The position numbers were made by a program, and so were the translations under genes. From NCBI GenBank assembly GCA_027488495.1, contig JAIYBO010000020.1, positions 1 to 32,118 of the forward strand: 32,118 nucleotides of DNA. The letters are read 5' to 3'. Positions 1 through 8,013 of the stretch are shown piece after piece. A model generated the notes under the pieces. It was given only the letters and a program-made list of their open reading frames with translations, did no database searches and was not told where the DNA came from. Numbering within the stretch: position 1 is the stretch's first letter; each line of letters opens with the position of its first letter. This DNA comes from Bacteroidota bacterium (GTDB taxonomy: Bacteria; Bacteroidota; Bacteroidia; NS11-12g; UBA955).

Positions 1-449
1 ATTTGAACTGGCCCAAACATCAGGTTGTCGGTCACAGGTTTTTTGAAATCCACCGTCATAACAAATCGACCCACTTCAAACCAACCTTGATAATCGCCTG
101 TCCAATGGATCATTGGGAAACCAAACATGTCAACGTTCTCGCCAGAGGTGGCTTTGATCGCTGTTTTGGTCAGTTGAATAAAAGAATCCACTTTGATCAA
201 TGGCGTTTTCACCAACTGGGGCGATACGGTATACACCACACCATCAATCACTTCGGCCAAATCGTTCTTGGTAATCCAACCGTATAGTTTGGCATTTTTT
301 GGGTAGTATTTCGGGCTGAAACAGGCATCGATCGTGAGCGCTGATGCAGTGGTTTGGTTCGATTTCTGCGTGTTGGCATTTTGCGCCGATATCGTATTGT
401 AACCTGCAAAGGCGAAGGTTGAAAAAATGAAGAGAGAAAAGCGATTCAT
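1..449 (-). CDS. Partial (runs off window start) secreted protein, probably the N-terminus of an S9B family peptidase (DPP-IV / prolyl tripeptidyl peptidase-like)
   Basis: Not in the ORF track. Hand-translated from ATG at 449-447: MNRFSLFIFSTFAFAGYNTISAQNANTQKSNQTTASALTIDACFSPKYYPKNAKLYGW...FGFPMIHWTGDYQGWF..., with no stop to the window edge. Signal peptide ending SA-Q. The LTID..F..YP..GW and FP.I.W segments resemble Bacteroidota S9B N-termini. The catalytic domain is outside the window. Confidence 0.6.
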   Translation of the reverse strand, partial: MNRFSLFIFSTFAFAGYNTISAQNANTQKSNQTTASALTIDACFSPKYYPKNAKLYGWITKNDLAEVIDGVVYTVSPQLVKTPLIKVDSFIQLTKTAIKATSGENVDMFGFPMIHWTGDYQGWFEVGRFVMTVDFKKPVTDNLMFGPVQ

Positions 450-498
450 ATGTAGGGTTTCAGAAGATTCTAATGCAAATTTGCTGAAAATTTATCAG

Positions 499-1314
499 AT
501 GACAGACATACAATCAATAATCGAAGCGGCTTGGATAGATAGAAGCTTGTTGCAAGATGCCAATACATTGAAAACCATTGAGTTTGTAATTGAAGAGTTG
601 GATAAGGGTAGAATGCGCGTTGCTGAACCTTTGGCCAATGGTGATTGGCAAGTCAATGATTGGATTAAAAAAGCCGTGATATTGTATTTCCCCACCCGTA
701 CTATGGAAACCTTTCATGCTGGTCCCATGGAATTTCATGATAAAATGCCATTGAAAAAGAACTATGCCGAATTGGGTATTCGAGTGGTTCCTCACGCGGT
801 GGCACGACATGGAGCGTATATCGCACCGGGTGTAATACTAATGCCTTCTTATGTGAACATTGGGGCATTTGTAGATGCAGGCACCATGGTTGATACTTGG
901 GCTACTGTGGGTTCATGCGCACAGATTGGTAAAAATGTGCATTTGAGCGGCGGGGTAGGCATTGGAGGGGTTTTGGAGCCCGTTCAAGCAGCACCTGTAA
1001 TCATTGAGGATGATTGTTTTGTGGGTAGCAGATGCATTGTGGTGGAAGGGTTTCGCGTAGGCAAAGAAGCGGTTTTGGGCGCGGGATTGACCTTGACCAT
1101 GAGCACCAAAGTCATTGACGTGCAAACAGGAGAGGAATTGCCCAAGGGCTATATCCCTGAAAGAAGTGTGGTGATTCCTGGTAACATCAAAAAGACGTTC
1201 CCCGGTGGTGAATTTTATGTCCCTGCGGCGCTGATTATCGGAAAGAGAAAAGCCAGCACAGATTTAAAAACTTCGCTCAACGACGCACTGCGTGAGCACA
1301 ACGTAGCCGTATAA
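499..1314 (+). CDS. dapD: 2,3,4,5-tetrahydropyridine-2,6-dicarboxylate N-succinyltransferase
   Basis: WQVNDWIKKAVILYF, RVVPHAVARHGAYIA, MVDTWATVGSCAQIGKNVHLSGGVGIGGVLEP hexapeptide motifs. Start moved to ATG 499 (MTDIQ) because the longer ORF overlaps the divergent gene. Confidence 0.96.
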   Translation: MTDIQSIIEAAWIDRSLLQDANTLKTIEFVIEELDKGRMRVAEPLANGDWQVNDWIKKAVILYFPTRTMETFHAGPMEFHDKMPLKKNYAELGIRVVPHAVARHGAYIAPGVILMPSYVNIGAFVDAGTMVDTWATVGSCAQIGKNVHLSGGVGIGGVLEPVQAAPVIIEDDCFVGSRCIVVEGFRVGKEAVLGAGLTLTMSTKVIDVQTGEELPKGYIPERSVVIPGNIKKTFPGGEFYVPAALIIGKRKASTDLKTSLNDALREHNVAV

Positions 1315-1325
1315 GGGTTTCTTCG

Positions 1326-2465
1326 ATGAAAATTGGATTTGATGCGAAGCGATTTTTCTTCAACCATTCTGGTTTGGGGAATTATTCGCGTAGACTCATC
1401 GAATCCTTACTGAAATATCATCCCGAGCACGAATACGTGTTGTATGTGGATCGATTGGATGCATTAGACAAAGCACATCCCGAGGCGCTTCGAATTCTCA
1501 AGCGCTATGTAAATAATCGGAGTGATGGCTCTGACTCCTATACTATGGTGATGGTTGATGGGCCAAAATGGTGGAGAACTTGGGGTATGGGAAAGCGAGC
1601 GGCCATGGATGGGGTGGATGTGTTTCATGGTTTATCGAATGAATTGCCATGGGATTTGCCTGCGTCGGTCGCTGGGGTTTGTACCATCCACGACGTGATA
1701 TTCAAAGAATTTCCGGCGTATTATCCTTGGTTGGATCGTTTGATTTACGACTTTAAAACGAAGAAGGCTGTTCAAGTGGCTGCCAAATTCGTGATGACGA
1801 GTGAAGCTACTCAAAGGCAGGTTGAAAAGTATTATCCGCAAGCAAAAGGACGGTCGTCGGTCATTTATCAGGCCGTGGATCCCGAATTTTACGTGAGTGA
1901 ATCGAGTAACGGTTGGCAAGTGTCTTCATCGCCTTATTTTGTTTATCAGAGCAGTTTTACAGATCGAAAAAACCATGCAGCATTGGTTGAGGCTTTTGCG
2001 CTGATACATCGACAAACCCGTTGGAATTTGACTTTGATTGGATTGAATGGTCCAACGTTATCGGCAGTAAAAAATCAAATTGAGCAGTTGGGACTGAGCG
2101 ATAGAATAATCTGCTTGGTGGATCAATCGCGGGAAGAGATGATTGCCTGTGTTACTGGCGCCGCAGGATTTGTATATCCCAGTTTGAACGAAGGGTTTGG
2201 TATTCCTTTGGCTGAATCTTTGGCGGCGAATTTGCCGATGGCTGTTTCCAATATCCCCGTTTTTAGGGAGTTGGTTGAAGATTTGCCAGTGTATTTTCAT
2301 CCCAACAATGCGCAGGAAATGGCGGCAGCTATGTTGCAGATTACGCTTGACGACGAGCAGGTGAGGCAACGATTATTAAGGCCATCGTTAAAGAATAAGA
2401 TCTCGGATGAGAAAACTGCGCAACAATGCGTTGATCTGTATCAACAAGTTTGCGTGAGGGTTTAG
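1326..2465 (+). CDS. Glycosyltransferase family 4 (GT-B fold)
   Basis: MKIGFDAKRFFFNHSGLGNYSR N-terminus, TIHDVIF, and YPSLNEGFGIPLAES (E-x7-E) GT4 motif. Confidence 0.92.
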   Translation: MKIGFDAKRFFFNHSGLGNYSRRLIESLLKYHPEHEYVLYVDRLDALDKAHPEALRILKRYVNNRSDGSDSYTMVMVDGPKWWRTWGMGKRAAMDGVDVFHGLSNELPWDLPASVAGVCTIHDVIFKEFPAYYPWLDRLIYDFKTKKAVQVAAKFVMTSEATQRQVEKYYPQAKGRSSVIYQAVDPEFYVSESSNGWQVSSSPYFVYQSSFTDRKNHAALVEAFALIHRQTRWNLTLIGLNGPTLSAVKNQIEQLGLSDRIICLVDQSREEMIACVTGAAGFVYPSLNEGFGIPLAESLAANLPMAVSNIPVFRELVEDLPVYFHPNNAQEMAAAMLQITLDDEQVRQRLLRPSLKNKISDEKTAQQCVDLYQQVCVRV

Positions 2466-3553
2466 AATCCCAGTCCGAGGCTTGTGATGGCACTCATGAT
2501 ATTTCTATTTGTTCCGGAGAAAAACAAATCAATTTGCCACAATTTACATTCTGTTCTCCAATACAATTGATTGAATAACTTGCGGTTGACCCCAATGGCC
2601 GCTCCGAAAACTCTGCCCTCAACAAAGTTGAAGCGATCTTGGAAATATTCAACCCTTGCACTTAGGTTTGTGTTCGAAGCGATTTCATAACTTGTTGCAA
2701 AGTTGGCAGTGCACCAAAATTTTTGTCGCTGAAAGAGAGGCGTTGAAGGGATTGCGAAAGGAGCCTTTTTTTCGTCGTTTCCCGCGTAAATACAGCTCGT
2801 AAATTTCCATTTTCCATGTGTGCTAATCCAATAAATATCGCTGAAAAGGCGAGTGTCCGTTAACCTTTCTTGGTAATAAACATTCCAGTTAATGAGGTTT
2901 TTTTTGTTGATGTTGAATTCAATCTGACTGGCATAAGCCGGCGGTATTGTGGCGTCTTTATTAATATTTTGCCATCCATTGAGTAGGTATAGGCTGCCTT
3001 TGATACGTTTAGTAATTGGAGAGGTGATTTTTGCTCCAGTAAGATAGTAGGGGCTGAATTCTGCAGCAAGAGAACGAGTATACATGATGTGGTCTCTGCT
3101 AACAGGGTTTTCATTGGTGAAAGGCGATCCAATCAAGCCCGCCTCTATCCAAACATCCTTTTTCTTCCATAGCTTTACTCCCAAACTTCCTTCCATGAGA
3201 TTGTTGAGACTGCTAAATCCATCATAGTTCTTATCCATATAACTACCAAACGCAGGCACCAAACGGATTTTTAGTCGATCCGTAACATATCGAAAATCAA
3301 CATAAGCCAAATTGATGTCCAACATGTTATAATTTGTGTTTGAAACCAATTTAGGAATGAAAAGGGCATAATTATGTTGATGTACATTAAACATGTTGGA
3401 TTTTGCGTAATACGCATCCATCCAACCGGAAATACTCAATTTTCCCACTTTTTCGCCCCCTACAGAGTCGATAAAGGCCGTATTGGTGATCTGGGCATTT
3501 AGATTGCCGTTGATTACACCAAGTATTGTTAAAAAGAGCAATTTTCCTTTCAT
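2462..3553 (-). CDS. Outer-membrane beta-barrel protein, BBP2/OmpL-like porin family
   Basis: Signal peptide; SGWMDAYY, INLAYVD, GSPFTNENPVSRDHIMYTRSLAAEFSPYYLTG, LLNGWQ and ARVEYFQD motifs; C-terminal Phe (GLGF). Confidence 0.8.
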   Translation of the reverse strand: MKGKLLFLTILGVINGNLNAQITNTAFIDSVGGEKVGKLSISGWMDAYYAKSNMFNVHQHNYALFIPKLVSNTNYNMLDINLAYVDFRYVTDRLKIRLVPAFGSYMDKNYDGFSSLNNLMEGSLGVKLWKKKDVWIEAGLIGSPFTNENPVSRDHIMYTRSLAAEFSPYYLTGAKITSPITKRIKGSLYLLNGWQNINKDATIPPAYASQIEFNINKKNLINWNVYYQERLTDTRLFSDIYWISTHGKWKFTSCIYAGNDEKKAPFAIPSTPLFQRQKFWCTANFATSYEIASNTNLSARVEYFQDRFNFVEGRVFGAAIGVNRKLFNQLYWRTECKLWQIDLFFSGTNRNIMSAITSLGLGF

Positions 3554-3563
3554 AAAGTCAATA

Positions 3564-3571
3564 CAAAATTA
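3564..3571 (-). promoter_or_regulatory. Bacteroidota sigma-70 -7 element (TAATTTTG) for the porin gene
   Basis: Exact TAnnTTTG on the minus strand, ending 10 nt before the ATG at 3553. Confidence 0.6.
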
Positions 3572-3601
3572 TTAATTAATCTGAAGCATAGGATTGATTA
3601 T

Positions 3602-5989
3602 ATGAAATTTCATAAATTGCATATAATGTTTGGATTACGAATCAAATTGATGACGTTATGTTTGCTTTTTGTAGCAAACGGAGTTGCTGGGCAATATGAT
3701 TCTGTTCGATACGACATGACAACCCAAAATGTGCATTGGAATTCATTGTCCGATTACAGCGCTAAAGGGTTTAATCCCGATACACTGAGTAAACCATTGT
3801 ATTGCCAGTCTGAAACTACCCCCACCTTCATTGTTAATTATTCCAAATCAAATGATTACAATTCAAATGTGGCGAAATCCACTAACGTATTAGATGCTGG
3901 TCCACATTATGGTGTGGCAGGGGTTTACACTAAAAAGCACTACGATCTTACAACCCATACTGTGAGGGTAAAAGGGGCGTTTGTTTGTAGGACAACCACC
4001 ACAGGCGAATTAAACGAGTATTGGATTGGGGGCATTCCAGTGGCTAATACCAATTATCATTCAGCGATTTATGGAGGTGGGAATGCACCAGTTGGATACA
4101 TTGTAGGAGCCTGGGTTGATTGGTGGTGCGCACGAACGAGAGGGAGTACCTCCCAGCCCGATAAGTTTTTTGAAACCCGAGTCAATGCCAATATGCCGCT
4201 AGGGATGTTTTTTGAGGCAATGGCTGAATTTCGAATTATTCACGATTCGGTGGTCATGACGAAGTATACCCTAACGCCGCCGGTTGATGATAGATACAAG
4301 CAACAATCTTGGGTGTATCCATTATATCGGAGTATTCCGTTTGAACCCTTCAAAGATGCTTCTTGGTTTAAAGATTTTCGTCCTGCATTTATGCCCGATG
4401 ATGGTTTGGATTGGGTAGAAGTGGTGGCTGAACCCTTGTCATGTAGCATGGAATTAAAGAAAAAGAGTATTTCAGTTTGCGAAGGCGAAAGCAAACCGTT
4501 GGACTTGTCTGCGCTGATTTGGCTAAAGAATCAGTCCATTGATAACAAGACGGGGCTGTTTTACTTGAGAAAATGCTCAAATCCAAAAGGAAGCAGTTCA
4601 TTGCACAAGTCACTGACAAATGCGCTGTTGCCCTCAAATCTGCCTTTCGGTGATTATACGGTAAGTTATATTTCACCTTGTGGTGATTCCATTCAGTTTA
4701 CTGTAAAGGTTTATGCTAAACCAGAGGTTGTTTTAACCGACACCGCTATGTGCAGGGGTATACAATTTAAGCCCTATGGAAAAATCAACTCCACAGGTGG
4801 AATTGGTCGATATTTTTGGCGCTGCGGAAGTAATCAAGGATCTACAGCTCAACCCATTTGGAATATGACTGATACAGGCAAACTTTTGTTTACTTTAAAT
4901 GTAGAAGATCTCAATGGTTGCCAAGGTGCTGATACAGCATACATCTTTGTTTCAAGTTTGGGCAAGATTGGAATTGGTTTTAATGATTCGGATCAATGTT
5001 TCGCGGGACATAAGTTTAATCTTTCAGCAAATTGCTTGAGTAATTCTCAAAATAAATTTAGATGGAAGGTGCCTCAGAATCCAGTAACCACAACGCAATC
5101 GATAAATGGGGTCAAATTCGGCTCCCCGGGTACATATCGAGTAGAATTATTCATTTCGAATCCTTGGGGGTGTTCAGATTCTGCGGCTTTGGATTTAGAG
5201 GTGTATGAATCACCCGGGGTGGTTGTATACGATACCCAAGTTTGTGAAAATCAGTATTTTTCTGTCAGAAATTTTGATAAACCTTCTACAGCAAACGGAT
5301 TGAAACACCGATGGTTATTCAATAACACAGATTCGATTAAATGGAATTCCCCAATATATTCGGTGCTGCAAAACGGGAAATACACATTGCAACTAATCCT
5401 TGAAAATTATTACGGTTGTTCGGACACTGACGATGCCTTGGTTACAATTTACCCCAATCCGAAATTGAAATTTGATTTCTGGTATTTAGATGAAATGGCC
5501 GGCGCAACTCGCTGGACATACACTTACACTGGAACATTGGGGTATAAAATTGATTGGTTCCAAAATGGTCAAATAATTGCCTCTGGTAGTGGACCGAGCA
5601 TCGTGACAATTAATGATTTGGGTCAACAACGTTTCAAACTTCGGGTTATTTCGGACAATGGATGCCAAGACTCCCTTGAATTTTCCAAAATGATTTCTGC
5701 AAGCAACAACCTGTATTATCCAAACGCATTTACTCCAGACGGACAAGGCGGAAACAATGTTTTTGGACCGTATAACGCTGAGTTGCTTGAAAATTATCGC
5801 TTAATTGTATTTAATCGATGGGGTGAAAAGCTATACGAATCGGGGCCCAATGAATATTACTGGGATGGTCGTGATTCGAAAGGTGAACCGGCCATGGAAG
5901 GACAGTATATTTACATGGTTAGTGGTATTAAAAACACCGGTCAGAGTTTGAGTCGATCAGGTACAGTTTACCTGTATCGCAACCATTAA
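3602..5989 (+). CDS. T9SS type-B sorting domain (gliding-motility-associated CTD) surface protein with PKD/Ig-like repeats
   Basis: Signal peptide. Repeats such as PGTYRVELFISNPWGCSDS and GKYTLQLILENYYGCSDT. C-terminal YPNAFTPDG..NNVF..IVFNRWGEKLY..WDG..GQYIY..GTVYLYR. The true start may be a later Met (3626 or beyond). Confidence 0.88.
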   Translation: MKFHKLHIMFGLRIKLMTLCLLFVANGVAGQYDSVRYDMTTQNVHWNSLSDYSAKGFNPDTLSKPLYCQSETTPTFIVNYSKSNDYNSNVAKSTNVLDAGPHYGVAGVYTKKHYDLTTHTVRVKGAFVCRTTTTGELNEYWIGGIPVANTNYHSAIYGGGNAPVGYIVGAWVDWWCARTRGSTSQPDKFFETRVNANMPLGMFFEAMAEFRIIHDSVVMTKYTLTPPVDDRYKQQSWVYPLYRSIPFEPFKDASWFKDFRPAFMPDDGLDWVEVVAEPLSCSMELKKKSISVCEGESKPLDLSALIWLKNQSIDNKTGLFYLRKCSNPKGSSSLHKSLTNALLPSNLPFGDYTVSYISPCGDSIQFTVKVYAKPEVVLTDTAMCRGIQFKPYGKINSTGGIGRYFWRCGSNQGSTAQPIWNMTDTGKLLFTLNVEDLNGCQGADTAYIFVSSLGKIGIGFNDSDQCFAGHKFNLSANCLSNSQNKFRWKVPQNPVTTTQSINGVKFGSPGTYRVELFISNPWGCSDSAALDLEVYESPGVVVYDTQVCENQYFSVRNFDKPSTANGLKHRWLFNNTDSIKWNSPIYSVLQNGKYTLQLILENYYGCSDTDDALVTIYPNPKLKFDFWYLDEMAGATRWTYTYTGTLGYKIDWFQNGQIIASGSGPSIVTINDLGQQRFKLRVISDNGCQDSLEFSKMISASNNLYYPNAFTPDGQGGNNVFGPYNAELLENYRLIVFNRWGEKLYESGPNEYYWDGRDSKGEPAMEGQYIYMVSGIKNTGQSLSRSGTVYLYRNH

Positions 5990-6546
5990 AAATTCCCTTT
6001 GAAAATTTTAACGGCAATGGCCAATAAAATCAATCCGAAGAACTTTCGCATCGCAGAAAGGCCGGCTTTGCCAATTTTACGCTCAAAAAAATCCGTTGCA
6101 CGAACGATGATGTAAATAAATATTAAGTTGGGTAAAATCCCCAATAAAATAGTGCCTTCATCGTATAAAGCCTTTAATGAAAGTATTGTGGTAAGCGTTC
6201 CAGAGCCAGCGATAAGTGGAAAAGCAATTGGTACAATGCTGCCCGATGGAACTTCGGGATCGGTTCGGAAAATATCTATCCCCAAAACCATCTCTAAACC
6301 CAAGATGAACATCACTATGCTACCAGCAATGGCAAATGAACTTTTGTCGACCCCCAGATATTTCAGAAAGTACTCACCAGCAAACAAAAAGCCAATCATT
6401 AATACTCCGGAAGCGATGGTTACTTTGGATGCTTGTATATCGGGCAGTTTCTTTTTAAGCGAAATCAATACGGGAATAGAACCCAACATATCGATGACTG
6501 CAAACAAGGTGAAAGCGACCGTAATTGACTCTTGTAAATTGAACAT
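5986..6546 (-). CDS. MarC family integral membrane protein
   Basis: LFAVIDMLGSIP, SFAIAGSIVMF, IVPIAFPLIAGSGTLTT and RKFFGLILLAIAVK; about six TM segments. Confidence 0.92.
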   Translation of the reverse strand: MFNLQESITVAFTLFAVIDMLGSIPVLISLKKKLPDIQASKVTIASGVLMIGFLFAGEYFLKYLGVDKSSFAIAGSIVMFILGLEMVLGIDIFRTDPEVPSGSIVPIAFPLIAGSGTLTTILSLKALYDEGTILLGILPNLIFIYIIVRATDFFERKIGKAGLSAMRKFFGLILLAIAVKIFKGNF

Positions 6547-6552
6547 TGTGAA

Positions 6553-7377
6553 TTATTTAAATGGAGAATTGGGTTCTTTTTTGATCACATTGTAGGTGAG
6601 TCGGTCTGCCAATTTTGGGAACCACTTATTGATCCAAACGGCCATTTTCCCCTGTAGTGTGAGTATGAGATAATTGCGTTTGCCCAATATGGCATTCCAA
6701 GTGGCCTCGGCTACCGCCTCGGCCGACATTAACTTATTCTCTTTCAATGGCGATTCGTTTTGTTGTAAACCCTGGCCATCCAACGCAGTTTTACGGATGT
6801 TGCTTTCGGTGTATCCCGGACAAGCAATCAAAACGTGCAAGCCAGTTTCCAAATTTTCGCATCGCAAACTCTCCAAAAAGCCCTGCATCGCAAATTTGCT
6901 GGCACTGTATCCAGTTCTCGCTGGCAATCCTTTGAATCCAGCAATTGAGGAAATGCCAACCACCGACCCTTTATTGGCCAACAAGGAGGGTAGTGCGTAT
7001 TTGGTGCAATAGACCGTTCCCCAAAAATTGGTGTTCATCAATCGCTGCAAAACCGTTAGTTCAGTATCTACGAAGATCCCGCGCATGGAAATCCCCGCGT
7101 TGTTTATCAAAACATCGATTCTGCCCCATTGGGCCAAAGATTCATCAATAAATCGCTTACAATCTGCTTCAACACATACATCGCCCACGGTGGTAATGAT
7201 CTGTGCAGTTTTGGTTTTCGATGGATCAACAAACAACGCTGAACATGCCTGCACGGTTTCATTGAGTCCTTCTAAGGAGCGCGCCATCAATCCCACGGCG
7301 TATCCCAAGCGAGTGGCTTCGATGGCCAATGCACGACCTATGCCCGATGAAGCGCCGGTTATGAGTGCAACGCGCAT
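6553..7377 (-). CDS. Short-chain dehydrogenase/reductase (classical SDR)
   Basis: TGASSGIG, NNAG and YSASK motifs. Start set at ATG 7377 (MRVALITG). Confidence 0.93.
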   Translation of the reverse strand: MRVALITGASSGIGRALAIEATRLGYAVGLMARSLEGLNETVQACSALFVDPSKTKTAQIITTVGDVCVEADCKRFIDESLAQWGRIDVLINNAGISMRGIFVDTELTVLQRLMNTNFWGTVYCTKYALPSLLANKGSVVGISSIAGFKGLPARTGYSASKFAMQGFLESLRCENLETGLHVLIACPGYTESNIRKTALDGQGLQQNESPLKENKLMSAEAVAEATWNAILGKRNYLILTLQGKMAVWINKWFPKLADRLTYNVIKKEPNSPFK

Positions 7378-7381
7378 GGCA

Positions 7382-7906
7382 TTATTTCCATTTGATGGAA
7401 CAACCCACAGGAGCAACTTCTGGGTAATCGATTTCTAGGCCATCCAACGCAAATTCGATGGCATCCTCCAAATACACCCGCATCACAGCCGCTTCATTGT
7501 CCCAAGCATCATCGATTGCGCCTTTGTAAACCAATTCTCTTCGAGCATTGAACAAAAATACCTCTGGGGTTTTCTCCGCGCCGAGTTGTTTTAATATAAC
7601 TTGTGACTCATCGTGCAGGTACTGAAAAGGCACTTCCAATTGCTTCACCAAGCGCTGCATGTCTTCAAATGAATCCATGGGTTGGGTTGCGATGTTGTTT
7701 CCATTTATCGCCAACACACCCAAATTGTCTTCCTCGTATTGCTTGGCCAAATGGATCAATCTGGGCCAATATGCTTGGGCGTATGGACAGTGGTTGCAGG
7801 TGACAACGATCAATAGGGCGCTTTTGTCTGCCATGTGATAAGTGCTTACCATCTCACCCGTGGTGCTTTTCAGTTCAAAATGTTGCAAATTTTCGCCGAT
7901 GTTCAT
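7382..7906 (-). CDS. Thioredoxin-fold redoxin (AhpC/TSA, PRX-like1)
   Basis: CNHCPY, TPEVFLF, YKGAIDD and GCSIKWK motifs. Confidence 0.9.
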   Translation of the reverse strand: MNIGENLQHFELKSTTGEMVSTYHMADKSALLIVVTCNHCPYAQAYWPRLIHLAKQYEEDNLGVLAINGNNIATQPMDSFEDMQRLVKQLEVPFQYLHDESQVILKQLGAEKTPEVFLFNARRELVYKGAIDDAWDNEAAVMRVYLEDAIEFALDGLEIDYPEVAPVGCSIKWK

Positions 7907-7973
7907 GATTTAGAATTTACCCGCAATTTATGCAATTGCTTGCGAATTTGTGGGTTTTTTGTTGGCGAGGATA

Positions 7974-8005
7974 TTTGGGAAGATGCTTGCTTTGGGGTTA
8001 CTTTG
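7974..8005 (+). promoter_or_regulatory. Putative dnaX promoter (-33 TTTG / -7 TTACTTTG)
   Basis: TTTG at 7974-7977, 20-nt spacer, TTACTTTG at 7998-8005 (one mismatch to TAnnTTTG), ATG at 8014. Confidence 0.5.
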
Positions 8006-8013
8006 CATAAACA

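Noticed and set aside
3-287. 94-aa plus-strand ORF
   Set aside because: Antisense shadow of the minus-strand secreted protein at 1-449.
427-498. N-terminal extension of dapD in the ORF track
   Set aside because: Overlaps the divergent gene and promoter gap; recognisable DapD sequence begins at ATG 499.
6128-7438. Plus-strand ORFs of 155, 112 and 136 aa
   Set aside because: Antisense to marC and the SDR, with no recognisable motifs.
7922-7944. GCAATT repeats and CGCAA-N13-TTGCG between the redoxin gene and dnaX
   Set aside because: Short and degenerate; explainable by overlapping promoter-like elements, and no second copy supports an operator.
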